Assembly: GCF_030144855.1 (NCBI RefSeq)
Contig: NC_082721.1
Location: 20,336,001 to 20,400,000 of the forward strand
Reading direction: 5' to 3'
DNA length: 64,000 nucleotides
Source: Hypanus sabinus
Lineage: Eukaryota
A model generated the notes under the pieces. The model was given only the letters and a program-made list of their open reading frames with translations. It ran no database searches and was not told the origin of the DNA. Shown here in pieces: positions 1-12,934 of the stretch. Made by a program: the position numbers and the translations under genes. The stretch's first letter is position 1. Each line of letters begins with the position of its first letter.

Positions 1-858
1 TTTCATTTTTCTAGGATCTTTGTTTACCTGAAGATCATGCAATTCTAACTCATGATCTGGCTGAGATTTCATAGACTTTTAAAAATGGCTCATCGTACAT
101 TCTGAAGCCACTCTCGGTAACACTGCTGTAACAAGAACTGCCTTACGCAGACATAGACCTAGACTGCAGAGTAACGTGGGACAAGTCTGCTTTGTCGTTT
201 GTTAATCCTGCATTGCTCACAGTAAAGAGTGAGCTGACACAGGCACAATGGGCCAAATAGCATCCTTTGCTGCTGTACCACTCTGTGACTCAATGGCAAG
301 AAAAGACCTTGTTGCAAATTTTCCTGTTGTGATGTGTTTAATACAACCAGAGGCAGAAGTAGGTGTTTTGCCAAATGCTGATTTGCAATCAGCATTCCAG
401 GCATAAAATACCCCAAAAGAAGTTGTATCCATATAAGTATATAATAAAGGAAAAGAAGGGAACATAAATATATAACTATCTCTGAGAAACTAGGGTTTAT
501 TCTGTATAAATACTATCAATAAGACCGGATATTAAAAGAAGGAAAACCTGCCTGAAGATAGAGATATCCCATTTTTCACAAACATGTAAAGCAAGTTTCC
601 TGTCACTATAGAAGGTCATAACATGTAACGAAAACATAACCTCAATTCACAGATGTTGCCTCCATAAACAAAGCTTTTGTTTTATTGTTGCTGTTATGTG
701 AACTCTTGGTCGGTTCAGCTGGGGCAGTGTGGACAATGGAAGGAGGCCATTGTGGTGGGCAAGCTTAGAGGGGGCTCTGATAGCAACTTCTACTGCTATT
801 TCTGTCAAATCCACCATAATGATATCAATAGATCCTTTACAGAGTTCCAGTAGAACTG

Positions 859-1081
859 TGATGCACCATCAATAACTCTCGGAGACTTGAGGCGAGAAAG
901 GCTTTTATTAGCTGGAAGGAAGCACCGTCAGCAGCAAGATCCCACCACACAACATCCTGGAGACTGAGGGAGGAGCAGTGCCTCCAATCGCCTTTATACC
1001 GGGGTCAGTGGGAGGAGCCACAGGAGCAGTCAGTGGTGGGGGGGGGGGGGCTGTCCAGACAGGTATATGTAGTTCACCACA
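859..1081 (-). mobile_element. Solo LTR, family A (copy 1)
   Basis: Minus strand reads TGTGGTGAAC...GGTGCATCA, with TATAAA and AATAAA. Perfect 5-bp TSD AACTG (854-858, 1082-1086). Homologous to copies at 17293, 40292 and 41572. Confidence 0.9.
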
Positions 1082-2107
1082 AACTGTTCCTTCTGGAGTG
1101 CTCTGGTTTACTCTTGCATCTCCAGCAATTAAGTACCACAATTCAGGGCTCCAAGACTTATTTTCAGGTAAAGAAATAAGGGGCTCCTGCATGGGACCCA
1201 TACACAAACAAAAACACTACTTCCATCAAGTGAGTCCAAAGACAGGCAGCCCGATTTGTCACAAATACCTATGAGAGAGAAGTGAGCGTTACCCAACTTT
1301 TGAATTCATTAAAGTGGAACTTTCCCCAAGATAGATGTGAAGCACACCGTCTGACCTGTTTTACAAAATGTTAAATGATCAGCTTGACATGGACTACCAA
1401 ACCCAAACCTATTAGGAGCAGACGAGGTGCACTCATTTCAATTTGAAATACTACCTACCAAGTCAGCAATTCCTTCTTCCCCTGCACAATTAAAGCATGG
1501 AATAATCTTCATCCTACCATAGTCACACAATCAAACCCAATCAAATTTAAAACAGCTCTTCTTCTTCAAAAATCTCCTTCTCAAGTCCACCCTCCACCAC
1601 CTCCATTTTAAATTCCATGTCGAATATTTTGGAGGACCAAGAACCAAGAACCAAAGCATCAATTTACCGTGCGTTTATAATTTAGTTCACCAGGTTTGCT
1701 GATCACTATACTAGGGAGACCAGACCCAGTTCAATATGTGAGAGTGTCTCTGAATTTCCTGTCATTTTATTCTTCTGTCTTGATGTGCTCTGGCCTCTCT
1801 GTCCTCACGTTCCCAACAGAAATCACAACAGGCTCAGTGCAAGACATACTACAGCCTCTTAGGTTCCTCATTAGGTCATCAGCCAGCCCTGACATTTTTA
1901 TTTCTGGTTCTAGAATTCACCCCATATCCTGTGGATAAATAAATAATTGTAAATGCCATTACAATTTCTTTCCTAGTACTTTTCACTCTCATGACCACTT
2001 CTTTCCTTACACCAACATTCATTCTATTCTGTAATCCCTCCTGGTTTCATAAACCTTCCTTTTTGGTCTCCATTCCTCCTTACTCGTTGTACCTTACAAA
2101 ATAATTT

Positions 2108-2325
2108 TTCCAGTTCTGATGAAAAGTGATCAACGTAAAAAGGGAACCTCTTCTTTCTCCAAGGACCTGCTGATTATTATCAGCACTTTTTGTTTTAAAC
2201 ATCGAAGATACTGCAGGTGCTGGAAATCCCGAGTAACACACACAAAGAACCCCAGCGAGTCAGGCAGCATCTTTCTGTTTTAACTCAGGTTTCATACACC
2301 TGCAGTGCGTTGCTTGTGGTTCATA
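2108..2325. mobile_element. Penelope-like terminal fragments (old copy with a nested inverted piece)
   Basis: CTGATGA remnant plus the family terminus ctgcaggtgctggaaatc...cacacacaaa...tcaggcagcatc. Confidence 0.55.
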
Positions 2326-3039
2326 TTGGTACTGCAACTCTGCAGATTCACTCAGTCGCCTTCTCCGGATGATAAAGCACAAGGGAGTTCCATGAGAGTT
2401 CAGAAGTTAAGCAGGCAGTCAGAAGCATAGCTTGTGACTGCAGAAGTCCTGTCTCAGACCAGAATTCCTGTCTGGAAGCCCAGCATTGTAAAGCTATTCC
2501 ATCACATTCAAAAGAGCTGACCAGTCCCAGGAGGTAAATGAATAAAAATTCATCACTTTCAGAGGGAACTATTTAAACCAAGAGTGTGGCCATTAAGGAG
2601 AAGGGGTCAATCATCTCATATTAAAGCTCCAGACTGCTTTTAAGACTCTAGGCACTTAAGAAAACCAATTTAATTCCATAGCAATGACAGGAGAGACTTA
2701 AAATGCTACTCCTGCTGTTTCCAGTCCTAACATGCCCTGTTCAAATTGTCAGCTTAAAGTGTCAGTGCAGAAAAATAAATCCTTTTTTCACATTTTTTTA
2801 ACTGTTCATCCTATTTATTTCTTTTTCGAAAACTAATGTGAGCATGCACGGGCTAGAACTATACTGAAAGAACTGAATAGTGTCATTTTTGAACTACTCG
2901 GTTCTGTGATACTTAACATTTCTTTCTCCTTTTGAGCGTCCTTCTCTCACGGCATAATGACAACAAGGGTTCACTCAAGTCACCTATGTTCAGTGGGTGG
3001 TGCAGAGATGGGTGGGGTGGTTGGTAGATGGAATACATA

Positions 3040-4075
3040 GGCAGGACAGTGGTGCAGCTGGGATAGCTGCTGCCCCACAGCCTCAATGACCCAGTTTCAA
3101 CGCTTCCTGCATGGCGTTTCTGAACCAGCATCAGAATCAGGCTCATTATCAGTGACATAGGTCGTGAAATTTGCTATATTGTGGCCGCAGTACAGTGCAA
3201 GTCATTAAAAAATGCTTTAAGTTACAATAAAAATAAATCAATAAGTAATGCAGAATGGGAGTGGTAAGTTCATGGACCATTCAGAAATCTGATGGCAGAG
3301 GGGAAGAAGCTGTTCCTAAATCATTGAGTGTGGGTCATCTGGCTCCTGTATCTCCTCCCTTGGGGTAATAATAAGAAGAGGGAACGCCACAGGTGGTGCA
3401 GGTCCTTAATGATGGACGTCAGCTTCTTGAAGCACCACCTTTTGAAGATGGTCTCGATGCTTGAGCATGTGATGGATTTGGCTGAGTCCACAGCCCTCTG
3501 TGACCCCTTTCTACCTTACGCCTTGGCGCTTCCATACCAGGCCGTGATGGAACCAGTCAGAGTCTTCCCACTGTACATCTGTAGGAATTTGCTAGAGCCT
3601 TTGTGATATAACCTCAAACTTCTAATGAAGTATAGCCACTGGTTTGCCTTCATCGTGACCCCATCCACGTGTTGGGCTCAGAGCAGATCCTCTGAGATGT
3701 TGACACCCAGGTACTTGAAGCAGCTCACTGTTGACCCTTCACTGAGGATTAGTGTATGCTCTCCCGACTTCCCCTTCCTGAGGTTCACATTTAGTTCCTT
3801 GGCCTTGCTTGCGCTGACTGCAAGGTTGCTGCTGCATGCTCACCCTGAGAGAGTGGGTGCTCTCGCTTTGCCCCACATTCCGAAGGTGTTTGAGTTAGTG
3901 GGTTAATAGGCTACTGCAAATGGCCCCTAGTGTATAGGCAAATGGGAAAGACTGGAAGAAATTAAAAGAAATGTGGAGAGAATAAAATAGGATTAATTTA
4001 CAGTCGGATTAGTGCAAACTGGTTCTCGATGGTCAGCATAGGTGGTCAGAAGAGCCTGTTTCTGTTTTGTACCAC
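3040..4075 (+). mobile_element. tRNA-derived V-SINE/HE1-like SINE split by a Rex1-like insertion
   Basis: Head ggacagtggtgcagctggg at ~3044. Body resumes at ~3835 (ccccacattccgaagg...gggttaatagg...cccctagtgt). Confidence 0.6.
3125..3830 (-). mobile_element. Rex1/Babar-like LINE 3' fragment
   Basis: (CTGATT)n tail on the minus strand; homologous to the 3' half of 22510-23727. Confidence 0.75.
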
Positions 4076-4744
4076 TCAAAGGGGTTGGTGGGATGTTAGT
4101 GAAGAAGCTGTAGCACTATTCGACAAAAAAATTCCTCCCTCAAGTCATTGATCCCTGTGGGAGCTGAGGCTCAGGGAAAAATTCTCATTGTCGCCTCTGC
4201 TTTCTTGATGAAGCAAGCTCTACCTGTACAATCTGATCACCCTCTGGTCTATGGCCAAATGTAGATATGTAGATAGTGCCTTTCACATCACTTTTAGGAT
4301 TTCTCAAAGCCTTTTGCAGTCATGAAACCCTGGTGTATTTTAATCATAGCATTGGAAAATATCTAACTAACAATGTGACAACAGCCAAATAAAGACTTTC
4401 AAAAATATTAATGGAGGGGTCAAGCTTGGCCTAGTCACCTAGGATAACCTCCCCACTCTTCTTCATAATTGTGCCGCTATGCTCATTTGGGAGAGTCGAT
4501 GAGATCGGGGTTGAATGACACTTCTGACAGTGCAGCTCTCTCTCAGTCCTGCCAGAAAATACGGGATTGAACCCACAGCTTCTGATTTAAGGGGTGAACC
4601 ACTGCTGACTCTGCATTTACTGTTCAGTCAGGGATGAAGTAACCGAGACCCTTGCACAATGTTGTCAAATTATCCTCTAAACCACTGAAGCAAGTATAAT
4701 TACCACAGTCCAGAGTCCATTATAACTTGCATTCCCGACAGGTG

Positions 4745-5025
4745 AGGCACCACAGCATAGCAGTTAGCGTAATGCTTTGTGCAGACTTCCCACTGCAGTC
4801 TGTAAGCAGTTTGTATGTTCTCCTCATGACTGCATGGTTGCTGTAGTTTCTTCACACATTCCAAAGCTGTGAAAGTTAGGGACAGTAAACTGTAGGCATG
4901 ATATGTTGGTGCTGGAAGCATGGTGACAGTTCTGGACTGCTCTCAGCACATTCTTTATGCAAATGATGCACTTCACTACATGTTTTGGTATTTAGGTGTC
5001 CATATGACAAACAAGGCTAATCTTT
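4745..5025 (+). mobile_element. tRNA-derived SINE
   Basis: ggcaccacagcatagcagttagcg head, ttctcctcatgactgcatgg core, gacaaacaaggctaatcttt tail; homologous to 27375-27690. Confidence 0.65.
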
Positions 5026-5672
5026 AAACTATAGAAGCATAGCAGTGAGAGATTTAATATGGGCAAGTTAATGGGATATTTAGACTGTGATAGGGAGGCA
5101 ACTGAGACAAGAGAACTTGGACTAGAAATTAGAGCCAGACCTTATAGAAGTGAAACTGGACATCACTGAGGATGCTAACTATTGCAAGGTTAGTTCAGTT
5201 GAGCCTCAGGAGAGACGAGGCCGCTGAAGATCAACTACTCACTGGACATGTTCTTGAAACCTCCCAGTGGAGCAGCACTGATGACTTTTGTTTGTTTAAA
5301 CTATAACCATTTGTCAGCGGTTTTGGGAGCTCATAAATTTGTTCGTTCATTTGTTCATTTTAAACCAGAAATTTAAAGTGCTTGCTGCCCATTTCCTGAC
5401 TGAATGGCAGGGTAGGCAAGAAGTCTTATTCTTTCCACACATCTATGCATCAACCTGCCATGGATCCTTCTGATGTCCAGAATAATCAGAGAGACTTGGT
5501 AATAACCTCAAAATGGCTGTTGAAAGATCAAAACTGTGGCTTCACCGAGCAATACATTTTTATCATTGCATCAATCTTACCCTAAAAAAGAAAACTTCTT
5601 TGAAATGACTTATCATAATTTTCAAACACAAGGAACTCTGAGAAGTGTGTGGAGAATGAAATAGAATATTGA

Positions 5673-6178
5673 CAGCACTACGCAAAAGTCTTCGGCACAT
5701 ATACAGTATATAGCTAGGGGGTTCCTAAGACTTTTGCACAGTATACCATAGTTACCAACATGGAGCATTGTTAAACCTGCTGGGAGCAAAGAATGTGGGA
5801 ATGGTGAGGGTGGAGTGGTGTGAGACAGGTTGCAGAGAAGGAGCGTCAGGGGCTGGGGGCACCCAGCCCTGAGACACCAGGCAAGGCTATTTGATTCCAT
5901 GCAATTGGTAAATTGATCATTACAGAATTTCTCTCTGTTACTTCCCGTTCCCTCCTCTCTCCCTTCCCTTTCTCCCCACCATGATTCCCCTCTCCCTGCT
6001 CCCTCCCCACTCTCACTCCACAAAAGAGACCCATATCAGAATCAGGTTTATCATCACTCACATGTCATGAAATTTGTTTTTTTTTGCAGTCGTACAGTGC
6101 AATGCATAATATTACTGCAGTACTGTGCAAAAGTCTTAGGCACCCTAGCTATATATACACATGCCTAAGGCTTTTGTA
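5673..6178 (+). mobile_element. Tc1/mariner-type MITE with palindromic terminal mini-units (copy 1)
   Basis: CAGTACTGTGCAAAAGTCTTAGGCAC-type units at ~5673-5744 and 6118-6178 flank a ~370-bp core; inverted homolog at 62434-63512. Confidence 0.75.
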
Positions 6179-6509
6179 TGTCATGCTGGAGAACACATTG
6201 CTGGTTTGTGATTGGCTGGTAATGTTTTGCCAGCTGTACATGAACTGCCTTATTATAGTTGCATCCCTCTGAGGAGAGCTTTAAAGAGTATCGTTGAAGA
6301 CAGAAAGAAAGGGGATGAAAGGGAACACGACTTGGTATGTAATTACTTTTATTCAAACACAGAAGATATGAGAAACAGCTATTGCCCGTGTCTAATCATT
6401 CTTGAAGAATTGAAGGTGACCCTCACTACGCATTCAGTTTGGTGGAAGAACATTCTCCATGCTGTTCAAAAGGGTTTCAGGCTCAGTGAAAGCATGGGAA
6501 TGGGGCCAG

Positions 6510-6620
6510 CACGTACAAGCGCTGGAGGAACTCAACAAGTCAGACAGCATCTATGGATAGGAATAAATAGTTGACCTTTCAGGCTGAGACCCTTCATCAG
6601 GACGGGAAAGGAAGTGGGAA
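6510..6620 (-). mobile_element. Penelope-like terminal fragment with a decayed hammerhead
   Basis: Reverse complement reads gtc-CTGATGA-agggtctcagcct-GAAAG-GTC. Confidence 0.7.
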
Positions 6621-6689
6621 CTTTTCCAGTGTGTTTGCATATATTGGTCTGGATCTCTTGTGCAAAGGAATCGAAGTAGCACAGTACGG

Positions 6690-7160
6690 TAAGTCTTCCT
6701 GGAATACTTTGACATGTCAGAAGGAAACTTACCAGGATGCTGTCCAGATTAGAGGGCATGTGCTACAAGGAGAGGTTGATCAAACTTTTCTCTGGAGTAG
6801 TGAAGGCAGAGGGGAGGACTTGACAGAGGTTTACAAGTCTATCAGAGGCACAGGTATAATAGACCGTCTTCCAAGGTCAAAAATATCTAATACTGGAGTG
6901 TATGCAGTTAAGGCGAGAGGGGGAAAGTTCAAAGAAGAAATGCAGGGCAAGTTTTTTTGCATTGAATGGAATGCACTGGCAGAAGAGGAAGTGGAGGCAA
7001 ATATGGTAGATGGGCACATTAATGTGCAAAGAATGGAGGGATATTGTCTTTGTGTAGGCAGAGGAATAAACTTTGTTAGGAAGTTAATTACTAGTTTAAT
7101 TAATTCAGCAGGACATCGTGGCCCGGAAGGCCTGTTCCTGTGCTGTGCCGTGCCATTCTG
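6690..7160 (+). mobile_element. CR1 LINE 3' fragment
   Basis: Frame contains DLTEVYK..RG and KARGGKFK..QGKFF..WNAL; 3' UTR ggcccggaaggcctgttcctgtgctgt. Confidence 0.8.
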
Positions 7161-7910
7161 CGAATCTCTGCACGTTCACTGCGCAGGTCGAAGCCCGATG
7201 TCTGCAGACTCAAGCTGAAGGCTGGAGGCCTGTCCTCCTGTTAAAGGACTACGTATGTGCATGGGTGCGAGGGAGGAACAGGGCTTGTGTCGCTGCTGTT
7301 GTCTTGTTGCTTGTCATGTTCTGTTTTGTTCTGCTGAATATTGCGGGCATGCATTGCAGCACATGCGAGCTACCTCCAGCACACCGTCGAGTGTGTTGGT
7401 TGTTAACACGGGTGATGCATTTCACTGTAAGTCTTGATGTGTGCATGATAAATAAACTTGAGTTTTGCTCGTTGTCCTGATTCATAGGTGGTGCTGCTTG
7501 CACATTTCCGCTGCCTTTGTGCACGCAGGTGGTTGCTAGGTGCTGCCAATGAATATTAGTCTGTGGGAGAGCTCTCCCATCTGGGGCACATGCCCAGATA
7601 TTTGAGAGGATGGATTGAACTGTCTGGAGCTCTGCAGGCGCTTGCAGTAGAGCATTGGGCTTCTGGGTTTCTCGTGCTTACTAATTGTTAGAGTAAATAA
7701 TCCCTTGTGTTCAATCTTGTCAAGTTAAATGTGACTGGCACGAGTTTCCCACACTCTATGATTATTTAAAGGAGACCCCCGCTCAGCACTGCAGCAGAGC
7801 CCTTGTGTTTGTGGAGAGGGATTCGTCTCGTGATGTCGCTCTGCCTCTGATGCTCTGTTGGTGTTTCCATGTCCAACCTCTTGTTTCCGTCTCCTCACGG
7901 AGACTCTGCA

Positions 7911-8091
7911 TCCCTCTGCACCTGGGCTGAGTGGTTGCCAGTTCTCGCTGCGACAGAGTCGGCCATCCCTCCGCACCTGGGCTACGTCGTTGCCAGTGCT
8001 CACTGTGACAGAGTCGGCCGTCCCTCCGCACCTGGGCTGAGTCGTTGCCAGTGCTCGCTGTGACAGAGTCGGCCATCCCTCCGCACCTGGG
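7911..8091 (+). repeat. 55-bp GC-rich minisatellite, ~3.3 copies
   Basis: Unit tccctccgcacctgggctgagtcgttgccagtgctcgctgtgacagagtcggcca starts at 7911, 7966, 8021 and 8076 (partial). Confidence 0.9.
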
Positions 8092-8934
8092 TCCAGTCCT
8101 GCTGGCGACAACCGTGACAGGAACGAAGACCGGTGGGCTTACAGTTCCTGAATCCGGTGTCCCGCCTTGTGCTGAGTGGCACGTTTGATCTTATTCTTAC
8201 TGTTTCATGCCTCTGAGTGATTTGTTATGCCATTTCAGAAGGAAGTTAAGAAGTCAACCCACTTTGCTATTACAGACTCAGTTTTCTGATCCTGTACTCC
8301 CAGGGTGAATGGGTTAACCAACCAGAATTGAGAACCACTTCAGCAGCAATTGCCTTAAGCATAAGCTTATTCTTCACAAAACGCGAACATGGTGCCGCAT
8401 GAAATAAGGGGAATGTCAAAACTAATCCCTAGCTAGAGTTCAAGTGTTGGTCTCCCTTTGTCTACATGAACCTTTACCCCTTCATTATTCTAATCACCTT
8501 AAATAAAACAAGGATTTTTCACTGATTCAAAACCATCAAACAAACTCACTGGTCAAGGTAAAATAAACTCTTGCAGATGTTGACATTATTCCAGATGGAA
8601 TGTGCTCTCGGAGCTAAAAGATATACAAAGTCACTTAACTCTGAGTGCCATATATCAAAATGGCTTCAAGTTTGGAAGTTTGTAATGTGTCTGATTCTCT
8701 CTTCATGCGATATATCCCTTTTTTAAAAATTTCAGTACTCTTTTTTTTACCTTTTCCACTGGCCATTAAATTGCCCAGGTCCCATTGTATGGCAAAACCA
8801 CCATGTAAATCTCTCTTTCGTACCTTTGTGAACTCCGGACACGGTTCTAATCTCTCCATTCTCAGCCTCCACAAACTTCACCTTGCTGCGCAAGACTGAA
8901 TCTAATTCTGCTGTCACCAAGGCGCATGAGACTT

Positions 8935-9620
8935 TAAGAAATAGAAATGAGATTAGGCCATTCGGCCCCTTGAGCTTTCCCTGCCATACTATAGGATCAT
9001 AGAGCCATAGATAGAGCATGGAAACATGTCCAATGGATTTGCACCAGCCATCAACCACACAATTGTACACGAGTCCTATATTACTAACTCATTCTATTCT
9101 CCCCACCTTCTCACAAATCCCTCCCCAGCTTCTACTTCTCATTTACACACTGTCCAGTTTGTCATGGCAATTAACCTACCAATTGGCACATCTTGGGGGT
9201 GTAGGAGAAATCCAGAGTATGCACATAATACCCTCGTGGCCACTGGAAGAACATGCAAACTCCACATAGACAGCCTTGGAGGCTGCTGAAGTTGTGAGGC
9301 AGAAGCTCTACTGGCTGGATCACACTGCGGCATTAAATGGCTTATGGTAAAGCTACACTCCTGTCCTACAGGGCTGATACAGTCATTGGCCTGACCTTCA
9401 CCTTCATGCCTGATTCTCAAAATCTTTTTGGTCCAATTCTTTTTCTTAAATAAACTTAATGACACGATTTCCACAGCTCTCTGGAGCAGAGAATTCCGGA
9501 GAGTTATTCCTCTTCATCACCTGATTCTCAAACAATACCAAGTGGGCTTAGGTTTCTCCATGAGAAGAAATACTCTCCCACCATTTACCCTGTCAAACTT
9601 CTCCAAAATCTTGTGTTTTG
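8935..9620 (-). mobile_element. Degenerate CR1 3' fragments with a nested SINE (~9100-9330)
   Basis: CR1 tail agaaatagaaatgagattaggccattcggccc and rc of ggaattctctgctccagagagctgtgg; SINE gaagaacatgcaaactccaca. Confidence 0.55.
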
Positions 9621-9649
9621 ATAAGGTTGGCCCCCTTTCTACTGTTGGG

Positions 9650-9905
9650 TGGGACAGTAGCAGAGCATTTAGCCTAACACTATTACAAAGCCAGTGATCC
9701 AAGTTCAATTCTGCCACCATCTCTAAGGAGCTTGTATCTTCCCTCCATGACTGCATAAGTTTCCTCTGGATGCCCCGGTTTCTCCCCACGCCCTTCATCC
9801 CGAAGATGTATTGGTTTAGTAGGTTAGTTGGTCACATGGGTGTAAAGTGTTGTGCAAGCTCTTTGGGCTGGAATGGCCTGTTACAATTCTGTATCTCCAA
9901 ATAAA
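9650..9905 (+). mobile_element. tRNA-derived V-SINE-like SINE
   Basis: Head gggacagtagcagagcatttagc; core tttcctctggatgccccggtttc. Confidence 0.65.
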
Positions 9906-10554
9906 AAAACAAATAAATTAAGTCCCAGCTAAAATATTCCCAACATTCTGCATCTTTACTTGAAAGATAAACCTTTTAAACCTGGGTTTCCAGATTATAG
10001 GGTTTAACAAATGGCCATAAAAAAATCGATAGAATTTTTTTTAGGAAAGGTACAAAAACTTGAATGATTGACCTGGGATTGGACTGAGTTGTGCTTTGTT
10101 AGTACTACAACATGTTCAGCATCTATTGGAGTTTGGCTGGTTGACTTTGTGATCGTCACGCTTTCCATTGATTTGCATCTTGTGCAATTGATCACAAGTA
10201 ATGGAGCAGTTCCCATCAAATACAGTGGCCAGAAAAACAAAGGGAAGACAGCATTCAAGTACATAAACAGAAACAGGATTTAGTCTACTTAGCTTTCCAG
10301 CATTACTATTCATGAAGTTCAAGGCTGATCTTGTACCTCAATGCCAATTTCCTGCACTCCCTTCATCTCCCTTTCCTGTTCTCCTGGTCACCTCATCAAA
10401 AAAAACTCCAGCTGCCAAATACGGTTTTCCTTTCACTAAGAAACACTGATTCTGCACAGTCTCTCTTTTTTTAATGTATTCTGTTATTCTGTCCTTTGTT
10501 CTTCATTCCAGCATTTCCCATACAATTGGTGATATACTTACTAGGCTAACCTAA

Positions 10555-11000
10555 ATCAGAGTTGGGTTTAATATGACTGGCATATGTTGCAAATTTTGTT
10601 GCCTTTGAAGCAGCAGGACAATGCAATACATACTAATAGAGAAAAAAAGCTGTGAATTACAGTAAGTAATAACAGAAGAAGTACTGCAGATGCTGGAAAT
10701 CTAGAGCAATACACTCACTGTGCTGGAGAAGCTCAGCAGTTCAGGCAACTTCTATGGATGGGAATAAAAAGTCGACGTTTCAGACCAATACCTATCAGCA
10801 GGACTCAATCTGTACGGTAAGTACTTATTTACAAAATTACTGTAAAGATATAGTTAAATTAAATAAATAGTGCAAAATAAAAATAAAAATGTAGTGAGGT
10901 AGTGTTCATGGGTTCAATGTCCATTCAGAAATCTGATGGCAGAGGGGAAGAAGCTGTTCATGAATCGTTGAGTGTGGGCCTTCAAGCTCTTGTACCTATT
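10555..11000 (-). mobile_element. Rex1-like 3' end interrupted by a PLE terminal fragment (10669-10813)
   Basis: aatcagagttgggtttaat tail and ccattcagaaatctgatggcagag. The PLE piece is flanked by acagtaagta/acggtaagta. Confidence 0.7.
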
Positions 11001-11974
11001 TTCCTTAATTCCCCATTTCCCCCATTCTTAACTAGTGCAATCACATCTGCTCTCCTGCAATCTGAAGCAACGATTCCAGAAGCTATAGAAATTTTGGAAG
11101 ATGATAACCAGAATGTTCACTATTTCTACGGCTAGCTCTAAAGGAAATCTGGAATGCAGGCCACTGTTTCTTTAGGATTTATCAGCTTTAAGTCTCATTA
11201 ATTTTTCTGGTACTTTATTTTTTTCTTATACTTATTTCCTTCAGTTCGTTGTTCCTGTTGGACTCTTAGTGCCCTGGTATTTCTAACAGTCTTATTTTCT
11301 CTCTTGTACCATGAAGACAGGCATAAAGTAGTTGTTTAATTCCTCAGCCACTTCCTTATTCTTCATTATAAATTCTTCTGCCTCAGTCTTGATGAAAATA
11401 AATTAACCTGCAACATTTGTGCATTTTTCAGTGCACTTAACTCATACAAATACATATGAAATGTTGCCCTTTCCTAAAGTGCTTCAACACATCTGTTATA
11501 AATATAACAAAATATAAGGAAGAGGCTATTCAGAGTAACAAGCACGCAGCAATGTTTAAGCTCTGTGCAAGTCTTTCTGTTCCATTCATTTGTTGACAGA
11601 GCCCTTCACTTAAAACTCACTGTCGTATTTATCCACTCTGGCCATTAAATGCTCCTCTGCTCTTTGCCTAAACTATTTCCTGTGGTGGTAAGCTTCACAT
11701 ATTTCTATTTCTATTTAGTTATGACACATAATATTTGACTAAGAACTTCTGGTACAATAACAAGAGGTGTTTTATTCAGATTAAGATTAGCCTTATTTGT
11801 CACATATACATCATAACCTCGAAACACAGTGAACTGCATCGTTTTTGCATCTACAGCTAAAGCAGCCCGAGAATTGTGCTGGCGACAATTTTAAAAAGTG
11901 TCATATTTGACCACATTCACACTCCTTAGATGCTGTTGATTGGAATAATAAATAAATAAAAATAAAGATAAATA

Positions 11975-12275
11975 TTTTATTTGTAATAGATATCAAAACA
12001 TGGAAACATTCAGTGAAATACATAGTTTTGCGACAAATCAATTCGATGGGGATTGTGCTGCGGGCAGCCCGTAAATGTCGAAATGCATCCAGTGATAATA
12101 TAGCACGCCCACAACTCACTATTCCTAACTGTATGTCTTTAGAATGTGGGAGCGCCTGTAAGATATCCAGGCAATCATGAGGAGAACATACAAACTCCTT
12201 AGAAATAGAAGCAGGAATTGATCCCGGGTTGCTGACACTGTTGTTGCATTACACTAACTACTATGCTACCATGCC
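11975..12275 (-). mobile_element. tRNA-derived SINE
   Basis: Reverse complement of head ggtggcatggtagcatagtagttagtg and core ggagtttgtatgttctcc. Confidence 0.6.
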
Positions 12276-12529
12276 ACCCCATAGCATAGTCTCCAGTAAG
12301 GAGAGGACAGCTCCAGTGGAGATTATTCGTCCAGTTGTTTCCATCCAGCCCCCATTTGCCCACTTCCCTCCTTTCCCCAGGTCCCAGTTGACCGACCCTC
12401 ATCGGCCCCACATTTCCATCGACTCCACCCTCCCCCAAATTCTACCCTTCACCCACACACGCTGGGGATGCATATTCAGAGCAGCTGATTGACCCCAGAT
12501 GGAATTCTTTCCTTTATGTAACAGAATCT

Positions 12530-12910
12530 CAAAGTGGGAAGCTTACACCGGAACTGGTAGGACCATAGCTGGAGGTCTGCGAGTTGCTTCAATCTCCTCA
12601 TTTCAAGAAAGATGTGACTCTTCTGCAGAGGGATTTACAAGGGATGTTGCCAAGTGGATGTTTTAGCCCTGAGAAAAGGTTGGATAGTCTGAGGCTGTTT
12701 TGTTTGAAACAGATGGCTGAGGGAGACTTAATGGACTTGTACAAAATTATGAAGATCTAGATGAGTTAAATAGGAGGAAGCAGAAACCAGAACTCATGGA
12801 TTTAGTGATTGGTAGAATGATTTGAAGAGAGATGAGAAAAACCTGGAACTCATTGCCTGAAGAGGTGGTAGGATCAGAGCCTTACCACATTTGAAAAGCA
12901 TCAGGATGTG
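12530..12910 (+). mobile_element. Old CR1 ORF2 3' fragment
   Basis: gatttacaagggatgttgcc and ggctgagggagacttaat match the CR1 FTRMLP and LRGDLI coding segments. Confidence 0.6.
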
Positions 12911-12934
12911 CATTTGGAGCAAGATACACAGGTC

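Noticed and set aside
7911-8091. Regularly spaced repeats resembling CRISPR
   Set aside because: Contiguous tandem units without unique spacers, eukaryotic context and no cas genes
8751-8931. Minus-strand open segment VSCALVTAELDSVLRSKVKF...GQWK with splice-like ends
   Set aside because: The acceptor comes from a CR1 microsatellite tail, the donor is weak, and there is no recognisable homology
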